From a virus: a stretch of 64,000 nt of DNA. Position 1 is the first letter of the stretch. Every line of letters starts with the position of its first letter. This document shows, in pieces, positions 49,034-59,423 of the stretch. The notes under the pieces were generated by a model. That model was not told where the DNA came from. It did no database searches and worked only from the letters and a program-made list of their open reading frames with translations. The stretch lies in the IMG/VR virus record IMGVR_UViG_3300044613_003178, one strand, 5' to 3'. A program made the position numbers and the translations under genes.

Positions 49034-49731
49034 TCCTTAAATGTTGAATCGGCTTGTAGTGCAATCCAGTACGATAGATCCATTTCCTTATGGCTGAACT
49101 TGCTAACAATCTGCTTGCAGAGTTCTACTTCATAATCGCCGGGGAACAACTTTAGATCCTCGGTCTTGAAGAACATCTTGAATGATTCTTCACCATTATG
49201 ATCACCAACTGGGAATGAATAGAAGTTTGAACTTGGATCTGACTTGTCAGTTGCAAACATCTCAATCTTACCTTCCTTGCTATCATCGATGTTATAACGA
49301 ACACCGATATCAGGAAGTTGAAGAACTGCTGCTGCCTTTAGAAGTTCAGAGAATGCCTTCTGAGTCAGTTCAAATGAAACTGCTACCTTTGGCATCTGTA
49401 CCTTCTTAGTTGGAACAGTTAGCAACTTTGGTTCACAATAACGATAAACTACAGACGAATTGTTTGAACCACTGATGGTTACAGACTTATCATCAAACTC
49501 AAACTCTGGATCATTGAAGAGAGAAATAGTACCAAGGAACTTGTTCAGATCCCAAATACCAAATTCTACTTCAAAGGTTTCTACAACCTCTACTTCAGAA
49601 AGAATGTTCTTTACTGGAGAAATGGTTGAGAGTGTATTGCCTGGCTTTACTAGCAGGTTTGAGTTAATCGACGCATAGTTCTTTAAGATGTCTAGTGTAC
49701 GCTTGGAAATTTTCATAGTTGTAGATGTCAT
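49030..49731 (-). CDS. 45: sliding clamp (gp45)
   Basis: ILKNYASINS, FGIWDLNKFL, YWIAL; synteny. Confidence 0.9.
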   Translation of the reverse strand: MTSTTMKISKRTLDILKNYASINSNLLVKPGNTLSTISPVKNILSEVEVVETFEVEFGIWDLNKFLGTISLFNDPEFEFDDKSVTISGSNNSSVVYRYCEPKLLTVPTKKVQMPKVAVSFELTQKAFSELLKAAAVLQLPDIGVRYNIDDSKEGKIEMFATDKSDPSSNFYSFPVGDHNGEESFKMFFKTEDLKLFPGDYEVELCKQIVSKFSHKEMDLSYWIALQADSTFKD

Positions 49732-49745
49732 CACATTCTCCTTTA

Positions 49746-50255
49746 TCACTTAGAGTTGTCTCTAATATACTCTATACCCTTACTAAATTCAATAAATTTC
49801 TTACGAGGATTTTCAGATACGCCCGGAGTAGTTGGAACATAATTTGTAAACCCAGGCATCATTAACGGACAATGTACTTTTGGATACTCTAATTTATAGT
49901 ATGCATCTTGTCCGTTGTCAAGTTTTCTTGGTGAAAGTTGTGTAAGTTCTTTATCTCCACAACCACATGCACCACAAAAATGAGAACCGGGAAATTTTAC
50001 ACTATCTTTTCTATCGGCACATGGTGGTAGTTTTTTATCAGAATCACCATGACAACTTAGTTGTCGTAATTCAATAGTTAATGGTTCTGCTTTATTATTT
50101 TTAATTCCCCTCGAAACCATTGATTCTGTAAAAGTTGCTGCTTTCTTTAAGAATCCCGCTTTTGGTCTTTGTACTTTTTCATCACTTGAAGGGGCTGATT
50201 CTAATTGTTTTTGCTTTTTAATGTTTTCTTCAATTTCTTTGTGTATGTCGGACAT
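49746..50255 (-). CDS. Cys-rich (Zn-binding) hypothetical
   Basis: SCHG..PC..CGACGC..HCP. Confidence 0.55.
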   Translation of the reverse strand: MSDIHKEIEENIKKQKQLESAPSSDEKVQRPKAGFLKKAATFTESMVSRGIKNNKAEPLTIELRQLSCHGDSDKKLPPCADRKDSVKFPGSHFCGACGCGDKELTQLSPRKLDNGQDAYYKLEYPKVHCPLMMPGFTNYVPTTPGVSENPRKKFIEFSKGIEYIRDNSK

Positions 50256-50256
50256 A

Positions 50257-50421
50257 TCAATCCTCCATTTCATCCATCATATCAAATATTTCATCCTCAT
50301 TCATGTATTTAAAGTCTTCTAAATGCATCTTAGTTTCTCTTCTTTTGTTTTTAGATGCTTTCTTTTCGACTTTCTTTGCTAAACTCTTATCTTTAAATTG
50401 ATCTCTGTAATCTTCAGACAT
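50257..50421 (-). CDS. 54-aa charged hypothetical
   Basis: Hand-translated; RBS AGGAG. Confidence 0.45.
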   Translation of the reverse strand: MSEDYRDQFKDKSLAKKVEKKASKNKRRETKMHLEDFKYMNEDEIFDMMDEMED

Positions 50422-50424
50422 GGC

Positions 50425-50835
50425 TCAAACAAATTCTCCTACAAATGCTTTTTTAAGAATTTCCAAATTAAAACCAAATGATGAAGTATCCTTCTTTAAA
50501 ATATTTTCAAGAAGTGCTGCTTCAGTCCAATGTAACGACTCTAACAAGATTGCTAATTTTCTTTGTTGCTTAGTATACTGCAATCCTTCATACTTTTCAT
50601 AAAAGTACGGAAGAGATCTAAATTCTCTAAACAGTTTAGCATAACTAAATCCTATAGGAGAATCGTCTGGTGTATAAGTTGGTATATTTTGTATCTTTGA
50701 ATACTTATCCAAAAATGCATATTTCATTAGTTCGACCAATGCTGGTGACTTGTTTTGTTGAAGAAGTTTAATTTTTTCTTCTTCTGTTTTAGCATCTCTA
50801 ACATCATAAATTATTTCAGATATTAACTTTGTCAT
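50425..50835 (-). CDS. conserved T4-like hypothetical
   Basis: LISEI...LLESLHWTEA. Confidence 0.65.
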   Translation of the reverse strand: MTKLISEIIYDVRDAKTEEEKIKLLQQNKSPALVELMKYAFLDKYSKIQNIPTYTPDDSPIGFSYAKLFREFRSLPYFYEKYEGLQYTKQQRKLAILLESLHWTEAALLENILKKDTSSFGFNLEILKKAFVGEFV

Positions 50836-50836
50836 T

Positions 50837-51673
50837 TTAAAAATCCTGTATTACATCCATTAAATTTTTCAATCGCTTTTCAACAAAGTAATCAAATAAC
50901 TTGGATCTATCTCCCTCTGGTGGTTCATTGAACTTTTCCAGAATAGCATTCTCATACTCCATAGGTATATATGTGTGATCCACCAACATTTGATTTCTAT
51001 TAATATTAGTTTGATACTCTTGTGGGACATCACTGAATGTCTTCCACTGTGCAAGTTTCTTTGCAGCAAGTGGCTTCTGACGCTTTCCGTCTACAGCAAA
51101 TGTATCATCTGCTGACAGAATATTTGGAATACCGTCTGTAGCATCGCCCTTGATAATATGTTCAAAAAGATAACGATCTGGTTCTGCACAAGTAACCAGA
51201 CTCTTCTTAATAGGACTATATTGCTTTACATTTGGATAACGGAATAGTTGCTGAAAGTCTTTGTCACTTGATACAATCATGATCTTTTCCTTACCATGAT
51301 AATGCTTTACAAGTGTAGCAATGATGTCATCTGCCTCACACCGTTCTACCTTGAGAGACTTATATGGAAAGTTTTCTTGAACTTCTGTGCGAATGGTATC
51401 AAGGATTTCAAAAATACGATCCCAGTTATAATCATCCACTGCTCGCGTCTTCTTCCTATTAATCTTGTAATTTGGAAAAATATCGCGTCGCCAGTAGTTA
51501 CCTGCATCCTGACAAAGAACCAATTCACCATATTCAGCATGGAACATATTCCGATACATTCTATATGTGGATAGAGTAACATGTCTTGCAAGTTCAAGAG
51601 TTACATCCATCGGTGAATCATACTGTGCGAAAATTGTACCGAGAATAATTTGTGTATTGTCAACTAAAATCAT
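50837..51673 (-). CDS. rnh: T4 RNase H (5'-3' exonuclease)
   Basis: YWRRDIFPNYK, EADDII, SSDKDF, GDATDGIPN. Confidence 0.92.
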   Translation of the reverse strand: MILVDNTQIILGTIFAQYDSPMDVTLELARHVTLSTYRMYRNMFHAEYGELVLCQDAGNYWRRDIFPNYKINRKKTRAVDDYNWDRIFEILDTIRTEVQENFPYKSLKVERCEADDIIATLVKHYHGKEKIMIVSSDKDFQQLFRYPNVKQYSPIKKSLVTCAEPDRYLFEHIIKGDATDGIPNILSADDTFAVDGKRQKPLAAKKLAQWKTFSDVPQEYQTNINRNQMLVDHTYIPMEYENAILEKFNEPPEGDRSKLFDYFVEKRLKNLMDVIQDF

Positions 51674-52410
51674 TTTGCGTTTAGAATATCCTTAAGGTCT
51701 TCAAGTGCTTCGATTACAACCTTGATCTTACGCTTACCAAGGAAAGAGAATCCCTCCTTAAGATCGGGATCTCCCTTATATGCTTGCTTGAGTTCCTTGA
51801 TATGTGGATCAAGTACCTTTGCAAGTTTCTTGTGGTGAACAGACTTAATACCTTGCATACGCAACCATTCAGAATGGTCTATGTTCTTTAGATTACCATC
51901 TTTTTCAGCTGTGTCAAATAAATCATCGACTCTTTGTTCAATTACAGACATATATTCAACAGTTTTCTTTTGAATTCTTTCTTGAACATTCACCTTTTCT
52001 TTATTTGGATCTTCAACCTTTGCTGGTTTATGGATACCTTCGTGAATAATTTGTTCAACATTTTTCTTGATCATATCAACAGTTTCGGGTCGAAGTTTAC
52101 CACCCAAATTCATAATACGACAACGGCTACCGATATAAATGAATTCCATAGCGTTGATATCACAGCACATTGCAGCCTTGATATCTTTCTTGGAATATTC
52201 ATTCTTCATCATCCAATCAATAACCCAAGGTTTGCACATATTGTTATCACAAGAATAACTATACCAATTAATAGCACGAAGAATCTTGGTATCAAGTTCC
52301 TCTGGTGTAAGTTTATCTGCATCCTTCCACACGGGTTCGCTACCCATAATTAGAGAATCTACAGAATCACCACGACCAATACGGCGGGACTTTTTCTTTT
52401 TCTTTTTCAT
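51670..52410 (-). CDS. conserved T4-like hypothetical with poly-Lys N-terminus
   Basis: GSEPVW, NWYSY, DLKEGFS. Confidence 0.65.
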   Translation of the reverse strand: MKKKKKKSRRIGRGDSVDSLIMGSEPVWKDADKLTPEELDTKILRAINWYSYSCDNNMCKPWVIDWMMKNEYSKKDIKAAMCCDINAMEFIYIGSRCRIMNLGGKLRPETVDMIKKNVEQIIHEGIHKPAKVEDPNKEKVNVQERIQKKTVEYMSVIEQRVDDLFDTAEKDGNLKNIDHSEWLRMQGIKSVHHKKLAKVLDPHIKELKQAYKGDPDLKEGFSFLGKRKIKVVIEALEDLKDILNAK

Positions 52411-54122
52411 TGATCTATCTTGCTAAAATTGTTTCGTTTGACGAATGTAATATGATCTTGGAACTTATCCTGTAATAGTTCCTTCGACTTATGAGATATT
52501 ACAAAGATGTTAGTACCTTTGTCAAGTCCTTTCAGAATGGAAAGGAAAGATTCAGTAGCCACATCATCTAAACTACCATCTAATACTTCATCAAATATTA
52601 ACAAATTACAATTAAGAGAATTCTTTAATTGTGCAACTGCACGCCATGCAAACAAAAGAGATAAATCAATCTTTCGTTTTTCACCTTCACTGAAACTATC
52701 ATATGTGAAGATGTCACGGTGACGACTCTTGATGGTTTCTTCAAATGAATCATTTAATTCAAATTGAACAAAGAAATCCATTTGTGCAAGATATTTGTTA
52801 ATTATCTTATTCATAATAGGAAGATAATATTTAATAATCTTGCTCTTAATTCCTGTATCCTTCATCAAGAAAGATGCAAGAGAATAGTAATGCATATCAT
52901 CATTTAGTTTCAACTTGTTTTCGACAAGTTCTTTACCTGCTTGACCCATCTCTTTTAATTTTGCTTGCTCTTCATCAATATTCTTTGTGTCAGATTGAAT
53001 ACTATCAATATCAGAACGCAACTTCTTGACATACTTATTTGTCGCATTTACCTGACTATCAATTTCATGAATCATCTTTTGTTCTAGAAGAATCTTGTTA
53101 TTGATTAGATTCTTTTCTACAACTTTTTCACTCAACTTAGTCATTTGCTTTTCTTGTAATTGCAATCCCTTCTCTAGTTCTGACTTCTTTTTGTTTCTTT
53201 CAGTCAAAACCTTTTCCTTGTGCTCACAATCAATCTTCTGTGAGCAAGATGGACAATGATCATTTGTTGAATAAAAAGAAATATCTTTATCTAACTTTCT
53301 CATTTCCATACTAATGGTTCTGCCAAGATCTGTTAATTTTTCAACCTCGGCATCAACATTAATTTGAGAAGACATCTGAATAAGTTCTTCTATTTTCTTT
53401 TTCTTTTCATCAATTTCTTTTTGATGCTCTTCAATTTGCTTATAAGATTCTTGAATTTCTTTCTCATGTCGGTCTATTGTCTCTTTGTTTTTGTTAGCAA
53501 GAGTTTCAATATGACGCTTCTGAGCAATTGTCTTTTCTTTCTGTAACTCGATCTTGTGTTCTAGTTCTGCGATGTCTGTCTTCATTTGAGCCATACGAGA
53601 CTTTAGTAGTGTATTCATCAATGAGAACACATTGATGTCTAGCAAATCTTCTACAATACTTCTACGATCTGCTGCAGGAAGTCTCATAAATGGGACATAG
53701 TTGGTGGAACCAAGAATAACCACCTGACAGAATGACTTATAGTTCATCTTCAGTATGGTTTCTTCCAACATCTTCTGATAGTCTTTGGATTTAGCATCCT
53801 GATCCATCATCTTACCCGACTTGTAGACCTCAAAGATCTTTGGTGCAAGTCCTCTACGGATCTTATATTCTACACCACCAGATACAAACTCAATCTCAAC
53901 CATACAATCCTTCTCATTGATTGAGTTTGCTAATTGTGGAATATTAATATTTCTATAGGGTTTACCAAATAAAACAAATGTAATAGCGTCCAGTAAGGTT
54001 GTCTTACCAGCACCATTTTCACCACTAATTAAAGTGGTTCTAGTTTTATCTAGATTTATCTCTGTAAAATTATTTCCTGTTGAAAGGAAATTCTTCCAGC
54101 GTACTTTTTTAAATATAATCAT
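52407..54122 (-). CDS. 46: recombination endonuclease ATPase subunit (gp46, Rad50-like)
   Basis: GENGAGKT, CPSC hook, FSEGEK, DEVLD. Confidence 0.95.
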   Translation of the reverse strand: MIIFKKVRWKNFLSTGNNFTEINLDKTRTTLISGENGAGKTTLLDAITFVLFGKPYRNINIPQLANSINEKDCMVEIEFVSGGVEYKIRRGLAPKIFEVYKSGKMMDQDAKSKDYQKMLEETILKMNYKSFCQVVILGSTNYVPFMRLPAADRRSIVEDLLDINVFSLMNTLLKSRMAQMKTDIAELEHKIELQKEKTIAQKRHIETLANKNKETIDRHEKEIQESYKQIEEHQKEIDEKKKKIEELIQMSSQINVDAEVEKLTDLGRTISMEMRKLDKDISFYSTNDHCPSCSQKIDCEHKEKVLTERNKKKSELEKGLQLQEKQMTKLSEKVVEKNLINNKILLEQKMIHEIDSQVNATNKYVKKLRSDIDSIQSDTKNIDEEQAKLKEMGQAGKELVENKLKLNDDMHYYSLASFLMKDTGIKSKIIKYYLPIMNKIINKYLAQMDFFVQFELNDSFEETIKSRHRDIFTYDSFSEGEKRKIDLSLLFAWRAVAQLKNSLNCNLLIFDEVLDGSLDDVATESFLSILKGLDKGTNIFVISHKSKELLQDKFQDHITFVKRNNFSKIDQ

Positions 54123-54138
54123 GACAAATAATTAAATT

Positions 54139-54423
54139 TCACCTTGGAGTTTTCGGGATATTTCTCCTACGACGGAGAGAGATCTTTCTCCTTCTTTGTG
54201 CTCTTACTCTTTTGGTACGAGCCTTCCTTGCTGCTAATCTAGCTCTTCTTTTAAGTTTTGTCAACTGGGAAGATGGTATTCTTCGGCATTGTCTGCCTAC
54301 TTTCTTTTCACCTGGTTTGCAACGAAACAATACTTTTCTTTTGCCCTTGCGTACAACCAATTTACGCTTGGCAATACCTTCGCGCAGGTCATGTAGAGTA
54401 TATGTTTCAGACGGTTGCTCCAT
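54139..54423 (-). CDS. Arg/Lys-rich protamine-like protein
   Basis: Very basic C-terminal two-thirds; CTAAATA late-like element upstream. Confidence 0.6.
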   Translation of the reverse strand: MEQPSETYTLHDLREGIAKRKLVVRKGKRKVLFRCKPGEKKVGRQCRRIPSSQLTKLKRRARLAARKARTKRVRAQRRRKISLRRRRNIPKTPR

Positions 54424-55006
54424 TTATCGTTTCCTCTTTACTATTTAGTAAAGAATTTTCTTTGAGTCCTTCCAAATACCACTCAGGGGTGTTTCCCAGT
54501 TTCCATTTGGCAAACCTAGATTTTTCAAAAATATAATAATCCCTATATGCTTTAATTGCATCTTGGTGCTTATACTGGTCTGGCATTGCTTGAGCAAATG
54601 GAGTAAGACTATCAATCTTTAAACCAGTAGGTGGGTGTTTAAACAACCACTCTGCCAATTGCGTAGATACATGTGTCTTACCATAACGCTTTGTGTATTG
54701 TTCACATAAAGCAAGGGTGTGCTTGCACAACCAATCATAGTTACGAGTTGATTGTCTAGTCCAAATTGTGCATGGATGATTGATCATTGTAGACTTATAG
54801 ATGTAAGAATCTACTTTAGAATCCTCTAACATGTAATAAGTATAGCGTCTACCGTTCTTGGTCTGCCTTTCCACCTTTTTACCGTCTAATACACGATGAG
54901 CAGTAGAAAGTAATTGACAACTCTCTAGGATCATTTTTACGATGTGTTTGTCACACATGTATTCCGCTGCTGTTGTTGGATTCTTATCCAATACAAATAT
55001 GTTCAT
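54407..55006 (-). CDS. pyrimidine-dimer DNA glycosylase / endonuclease V-like
   Basis: MNIFVLD...DKHIVKMILESCQLLSTAH, HPCTIW, AQAMPD. Confidence 0.75.
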   Translation of the reverse strand: MNIFVLDKNPTTAAEYMCDKHIVKMILESCQLLSTAHRVLDGKKVERQTKNGRRYTYYMLEDSKVDSYIYKSTMINHPCTIWTRQSTRNYDWLCKHTLALCEQYTKRYGKTHVSTQLAEWLFKHPPTGLKIDSLTPFAQAMPDQYKHQDAIKAYRDYYIFEKSRFAKWKLGNTPEWYLEGLKENSLLNSKEETINGATV

Positions 55007-56043
55007 TGTGAAAGGCTTTCCATGTATAGTTCATGAATGATAGTTTTCAGTTTATTCTTATTTTGAACTTCTTCCATAGCATCAATTTCTGAGTTGATAA
55101 TTGTAAGCGTATCCTTGGTATTGTCAACTGTGTGTTCTGAACTAAGTTCAACATTGTTTTCTTCAATGATGTTTAAACTTGCTACACCATTACCATACAT
55201 CGAATCTAAGAACTTGTCAAATATATAAGGTTTGGTTTTATTTTCTACAATAAGTTTAACAAAAGAATTCTTATACTTTGCAAAGTCTGCCTTCAACATG
55301 TCTCGTTCTGCATCATTATAACGAACAGCATAGAAGATACGATTTGGATTCTCAATAAATTCTAGTTCACGAGTTTCCGTATCAAGAATATGGAATCCCT
55401 TTCTTTCTTTTAAATCAGAGAATGTAATCTGATATGGAGTTCCAAGATATGAAACATTCTTTTCGCTCTGTTTACAATGGAAGTGACCAGAGTAAACAGT
55501 ATCAAATCGTGAAAGAATTGCAGGACTCATACCATCTTCATGCTTTACTCCACGAAGAACTTCGAATCCTGTCAGTTCAAAATGACCCATAATAAAAGGC
55601 GAAGTCGTAGTTTTAATGAATTCCAAAGATGTTTCATAATTTTCCTTATTGATCCAGGGAATAAGAGCAACTGATAGACTGTCGAATTGAACATTCATGG
55701 GTCTATCAATAATGTTGATATTATTGTTTTCAAAAAGTTGATTAAGTGAATTAATTTGATTTGTATTCTTATAATAGGTATCGTGGTTGCCAATTAAACA
55801 CCAAAGTTCAAATTCACCAGAATCAAAATGAGAAATAAATCTCTTTTTCACTTCTGCTAGTGTTTGAAAATTAACAAACTTACGACGATCCATCAGATCG
55901 CCAAGATGTATTACTTGTTTAATATTATGTTCACGAAGATAAGGAAAGAATTGATTCTCAAAGAAATCTAAAAAGTAATTTAAAAACAGTGGAGAATCAT
56001 TCCTTACACCGAAATGTGTATCACACACAATAGCAATTTTCAT
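55003..56043 (-). CDS. 47: recombination endonuclease nuclease subunit (gp47, Mre11-like)
   Basis: DTHFG, GDLMD, GNHD, SGHFH. Confidence 0.95.
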   Translation of the reverse strand: MKIAIVCDTHFGVRNDSPLFLNYFLDFFENQFFPYLREHNIKQVIHLGDLMDRRKFVNFQTLAEVKKRFISHFDSGEFELWCLIGNHDTYYKNTNQINSLNQLFENNNINIIDRPMNVQFDSLSVALIPWINKENYETSLEFIKTTTSPFIMGHFELTGFEVLRGVKHEDGMSPAILSRFDTVYSGHFHCKQSEKNVSYLGTPYQITFSDLKERKGFHILDTETRELEFIENPNRIFYAVRYNDAERDMLKADFAKYKNSFVKLIVENKTKPYIFDKFLDSMYGNGVASLNIIEENNVELSSEHTVDNTKDTLTIINSEIDAMEEVQNKNKLKTIIHELYMESLSQ

Positions 56044-56685
56044 TTAGTCCTCCATAAAGGATTCTAATGTTTTCTTTTTCTTCTTACGCTTCTTACGCTT
56101 CTTATCATTTTTTTCTTCGTCTTGTTTTTTATATACTTCTTGCTCTTCTTCTGTTATACCCATAGCCTTCAGATATTGACTAAAATCGCCATCATGATCC
56201 ATTGACTCTAGGAATTTATATTTGATATAGTTTTGCTTCTTTTCTTTTTGTATGCGACGAAGAAATGCATAATAAATGATTTGAGTAAAATATGAAAATG
56301 GATTGTTTGATTTATCTGGATCAAAATTTTCACAATACATCAAACAGTTTTCTATACCATCACCAACCATTTCATCCTTAAATGGATAGTTCATAAAATT
56401 GGGTTTTTTGGATAAGTTTTCTGCTATCTCTAAAAAGCAATGTCCAATATATTCGGTGACTGGTGGAATGGGATCTCCAGTTTCTTTTGCTTCTTTTACT
56501 TGCTTTTTCCACTCTACCATTTCACTGAAAAATTTCTTATTATCAATGTAATGTGCTTTTACTTTTTTGGTTTTTTCTGGTTTTTCTTCTACTACTAAGA
56601 AACCTTTTATATCATCGACTATATCATCTGTCAATTTCACTTCTACTTTAGATTTCTTTTTCTTTGTCTTCTTTTTCTTTTTCAT
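56044..56685 (-). CDS. 55: late sigma factor (gp55)
   Basis: HYIDNK, PNFMNY, NPFSYFTQIIYYAFLRRIQKEKKQ. Confidence 0.95.
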   Translation of the reverse strand: MKKKKKTKKKKSKVEVKLTDDIVDDIKGFLVVEEKPEKTKKVKAHYIDNKKFFSEMVEWKKQVKEAKETGDPIPPVTEYIGHCFLEIAENLSKKPNFMNYPFKDEMVGDGIENCLMYCENFDPDKSNNPFSYFTQIIYYAFLRRIQKEKKQNYIKYKFLESMDHDGDFSQYLKAMGITEEEQEVYKKQDEEKNDKKRKKRKKKKKTLESFMED

Positions 56686-56744
56686 ATTTTACTCCATTAC
56701 AAAAGGATCATACACCATCTGGAAAGAATTTCAAGGAAAATCTA

Positions 56745-56772
56745 TTGACATTTCCTTTTCGCTCGTTACACT
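56745..56772 (+). promoter_or_regulatory. TTGACA-N16-TACACT promoter, divergent from gp55 and antisense to the uvsW operon
   Basis: Read directly; gp55 promoter TTGAAA-N16-TATGAT on minus strand at 56707-56734. Confidence 0.55.
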
Positions 56773-56803
56773 TAGTGTGTCACGGTTCACCTAATGATCT
56801 ATT

Positions 56804-57460
56804 CTAGATATAGTCTTTAGGATCAGGACTCCAATCAGACCAATCATTACCGAAGTCATTGGAATCCTTTTTATTTTTCTTTTGATGGGGTTTATTAGAA
56901 GAAGGATCTACCTTCTTCTTTTTCTTTGCCTTCTTACGGGGCTTAACCTCTGGGAAAAGATCTTCATCCTCAAAATCTTCTTCATCTATATTTTCCCATG
57001 CTTTTGCCTCTGCCATCATATCGATTATTTCTTCTGCCATATCTGGCGGAACACTAAATGTTACATTAACATTTTCTGGTGGTACATTTGAATTTTGTGT
57101 TGTAGGAGTACCCATAATCTCTTCAGTCATATCTTGAAGATTTTGTGCTTGTTGGCTTATAGCAGGATTGTCTTCTTTTTCTTTTTCTAAATCATAGCAT
57201 GAAGAAATTTTTGAATCAGGCATTGAAATAGCAATAATACCATCTGCTGCTATTTCTGTAATTCTGTCTATTGTATAATCAATCCAAGGTTTAAACACTA
57301 CCATTTCAGTGTTAGTCATATTGTTCTGATTCACAAGAACCACAGTTTTAAACTGCATTGGTCTTTCAACAACTAAAGTCTTTTTTCTTATTTCAAGAAC
57401 TTTTGATATTAAAATATCACCATTCTTGAGTTTAATTAGTCTGTATCCGTTGTCTTGCAT
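56804..57460 (-). CDS. conserved T4-like protein (Sm-like N-terminal domain)
   Basis: IKLKNGDILI...PW; usual position between uvsW and gp55. Confidence 0.6.
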   Translation of the reverse strand: MQDNGYRLIKLKNGDILISKVLEIRKKTLVVERPMQFKTVVLVNQNNMTNTEMVVFKPWIDYTIDRITEIAADGIIAISMPDSKISSCYDLEKEKEDNPAISQQAQNLQDMTEEIMGTPTTQNSNVPPENVNVTFSVPPDMAEEIIDMMAEAKAWENIDEEDFEDEDLFPEVKPRKKAKKKKKVDPSSNKPHQKKNKKDSNDFGNDWSDWSPDPKDYI

Positions 57461-58953
57461 GTGCTCTCCAATTTGATACTTAACTTCTTGTGCGAGAACT
57501 TCTCGGATTCATAAATTTTTAATCGCTCATTGTAATGACGAAGAGTGTGATTTTGATAAGACTTCCAATGTAAGTCGTCTGCAATATCGAAGAGTCTAGC
57601 CTTATCTTTGTGTTCAGATTTTCTTAACTGTCTACCAATACTTTGTAAGACCCGTATTCTGCTCTTCGATGGAGAGGAGAATACAATATTATGTAGTCTT
57701 CGGATTGAGATGCCTGTAGAGAAGGTTCCGTATGAAGCAATGATGATTGCGTTGTCTTGTTTTTCACATAACTTACGAACTTGTTCACGCATCTCAACAT
57801 CAGTGCCACCATAGACAAAGAAAACTTTCTTGTCCTTAGTATTTAGTTTCTCTATAAGTTGATGAAGCACCATACCATGCTTCTCAACAAATTGGAATAA
57901 AACAAGTGTATTACCTTTTAAGTTCAAAGCAAGATTTGAAATAAATTCGTTTCTTGCTTGATTTGAAATAATCCAATCTATTTCTTCTTTATAAGTTAAT
58001 TTTTTAATTGCTCTTCGTACTTCTTCTGGATATTGAAGAACTAAACAATCAATTGATAGTTCAGAAAGAATATCTTTATCCATCAATTCTTTTGTAGATG
58101 TAACTTTCTTTACTCTACCGAACAATCCTTCAATTACCAATTTATGTGTCATACTACCATCAAGAGTACCAGTTGTACCAATACGCCAATCGCATGTTGT
58201 TAATTTTGACATAATAGTGCTCAAAGATTTGGATTTGAATAAGTGACATTCATCTCCAATCACTGCTTCAAATTGATCAAAGTATTTCTTTGGCATTTTG
58301 TAAATACTCTGCCAAGTTGAAATAATAATTCTTTTATCGGAATCCTTATCCTGACCACCGTGAATTTTATGACAATGTTCTCTAGTCTTCCAACCAGTCT
58401 TGGATGAATATTCAAAAAAGTCTGAATACATCTGGGTGACTAGGGATATGGTTGGGACGATTATTAGTATTTTTTTATCTTCTGGTAGTAGATTTAACAA
58501 ATAACGACATAGGACATATATGATTAGACTCTTACCTGACCCTGTGGGAGACAATAGAAGGCTCCTACGCTCGTTTAAAGCGTGTAGGATCGCTTCTAAC
58601 TGGTGCTGGTGGGGTTCTAGACGCTTTCCTGCAGCGTGGGGGTTCAGAGTCTTAATATACTCTATAACCTGTTCAAGAGTGACTCTATCTTTATTTTTTG
58701 TAATTCGGTTCTCAACCGAATATGACCTATCCTTGGCAAACTGGATAACATAGTCTTCAAGTCCTGCGTAGATAGTTTGTCCGTAGATGTTATACAACTT
58801 GATCTGTCCGTCCCACAGTTTATTTCTGTAGGCAGGCATGAACTTATGTCCTGGGACTTTGAAGGTAAAGTAGTCAGATAACTCCTTTGCAAAACTTCTA
58901 TCACAGTCCACCTTTATATAAACAGAGTCTAACGGTTCAATCACTAAATCCAT
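57436..58953 (-). CDS. uvsW: DNA helicase UvsW
   Basis: SPTGSGKS, DECH, TTGT, LQSIGR. Confidence 0.95.
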   Translation of the reverse strand: MDLVIEPLDSVYIKVDCDRSFAKELSDYFTFKVPGHKFMPAYRNKLWDGQIKLYNIYGQTIYAGLEDYVIQFAKDRSYSVENRITKNKDRVTLEQVIEYIKTLNPHAAGKRLEPHQHQLEAILHALNERRSLLLSPTGSGKSLIIYVLCRYLLNLLPEDKKILIIVPTISLVTQMYSDFFEYSSKTGWKTREHCHKIHGGQDKDSDKRIIISTWQSIYKMPKKYFDQFEAVIGDECHLFKSKSLSTIMSKLTTCDWRIGTTGTLDGSMTHKLVIEGLFGRVKKVTSTKELMDKDILSELSIDCLVLQYPEEVRRAIKKLTYKEEIDWIISNQARNEFISNLALNLKGNTLVLFQFVEKHGMVLHQLIEKLNTKDKKVFFVYGGTDVEMREQVRKLCEKQDNAIIIASYGTFSTGISIRRLHNIVFSSPSKSRIRVLQSIGRQLRKSEHKDKARLFDIADDLHWKSYQNHTLRHYNERLKIYESEKFSHKKLSIKLESTCKTTDTD

Positions 58954-58966
58954 ATACAAGTATTTA

Positions 58967-59404
58967 TCATATACTTCCGTTGAGGAACTTGCGCCAAGAG
59001 ATAGCGTCGCGTATATGAAACTGTCGATTCATGATTCCTTTGAGGACAGAACTCAAATAATCTACCTTTTCTTCTTGAATTGACATCTTATTCTTTAATT
59101 CAATTAGATCTTTATCAGCATCTAGATAGATGTCTACATCCTGACGAAGAATCTTTAGATCAAATGGTTCCCATCCAAGTTCTTTTAATTGATCCTCGCT
59201 GAGTTTACCACAATAGTATTCCCATTTGAGTTTGAACATCTTGGAATAATTTGTTTTATATCCCTGATATCGCAACTTCTCTTCATGATAAAAATTGAGA
59301 TACTTGTTATGTAACTGGGGAATACGCAGAGACTCCTTATCGAGTTCTGTATCGTCAAACTTCATGTCTTGTTTTGCTTGTTCGATTAGTTCATTTAAAG
59401 TCAT
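58967..59404 (-). CDS. uvsY: recombination mediator UvsY
   Basis: ESLRIPQLHNKYL, WEYYCGK; synteny; promoter TTGACT-N16-TATAAT 6 nt before ATG. Confidence 0.88.
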   Translation of the reverse strand: MTLNELIEQAKQDMKFDDTELDKESLRIPQLHNKYLNFYHEEKLRYQGYKTNYSKMFKLKWEYYCGKLSEDQLKELGWEPFDLKILRQDVDIYLDADKDLIELKNKMSIQEEKVDYLSSVLKGIMNRQFHIRDAISWRKFLNGSI

Positions 59405-59423
59405 GATGTAATTATATCACGGA

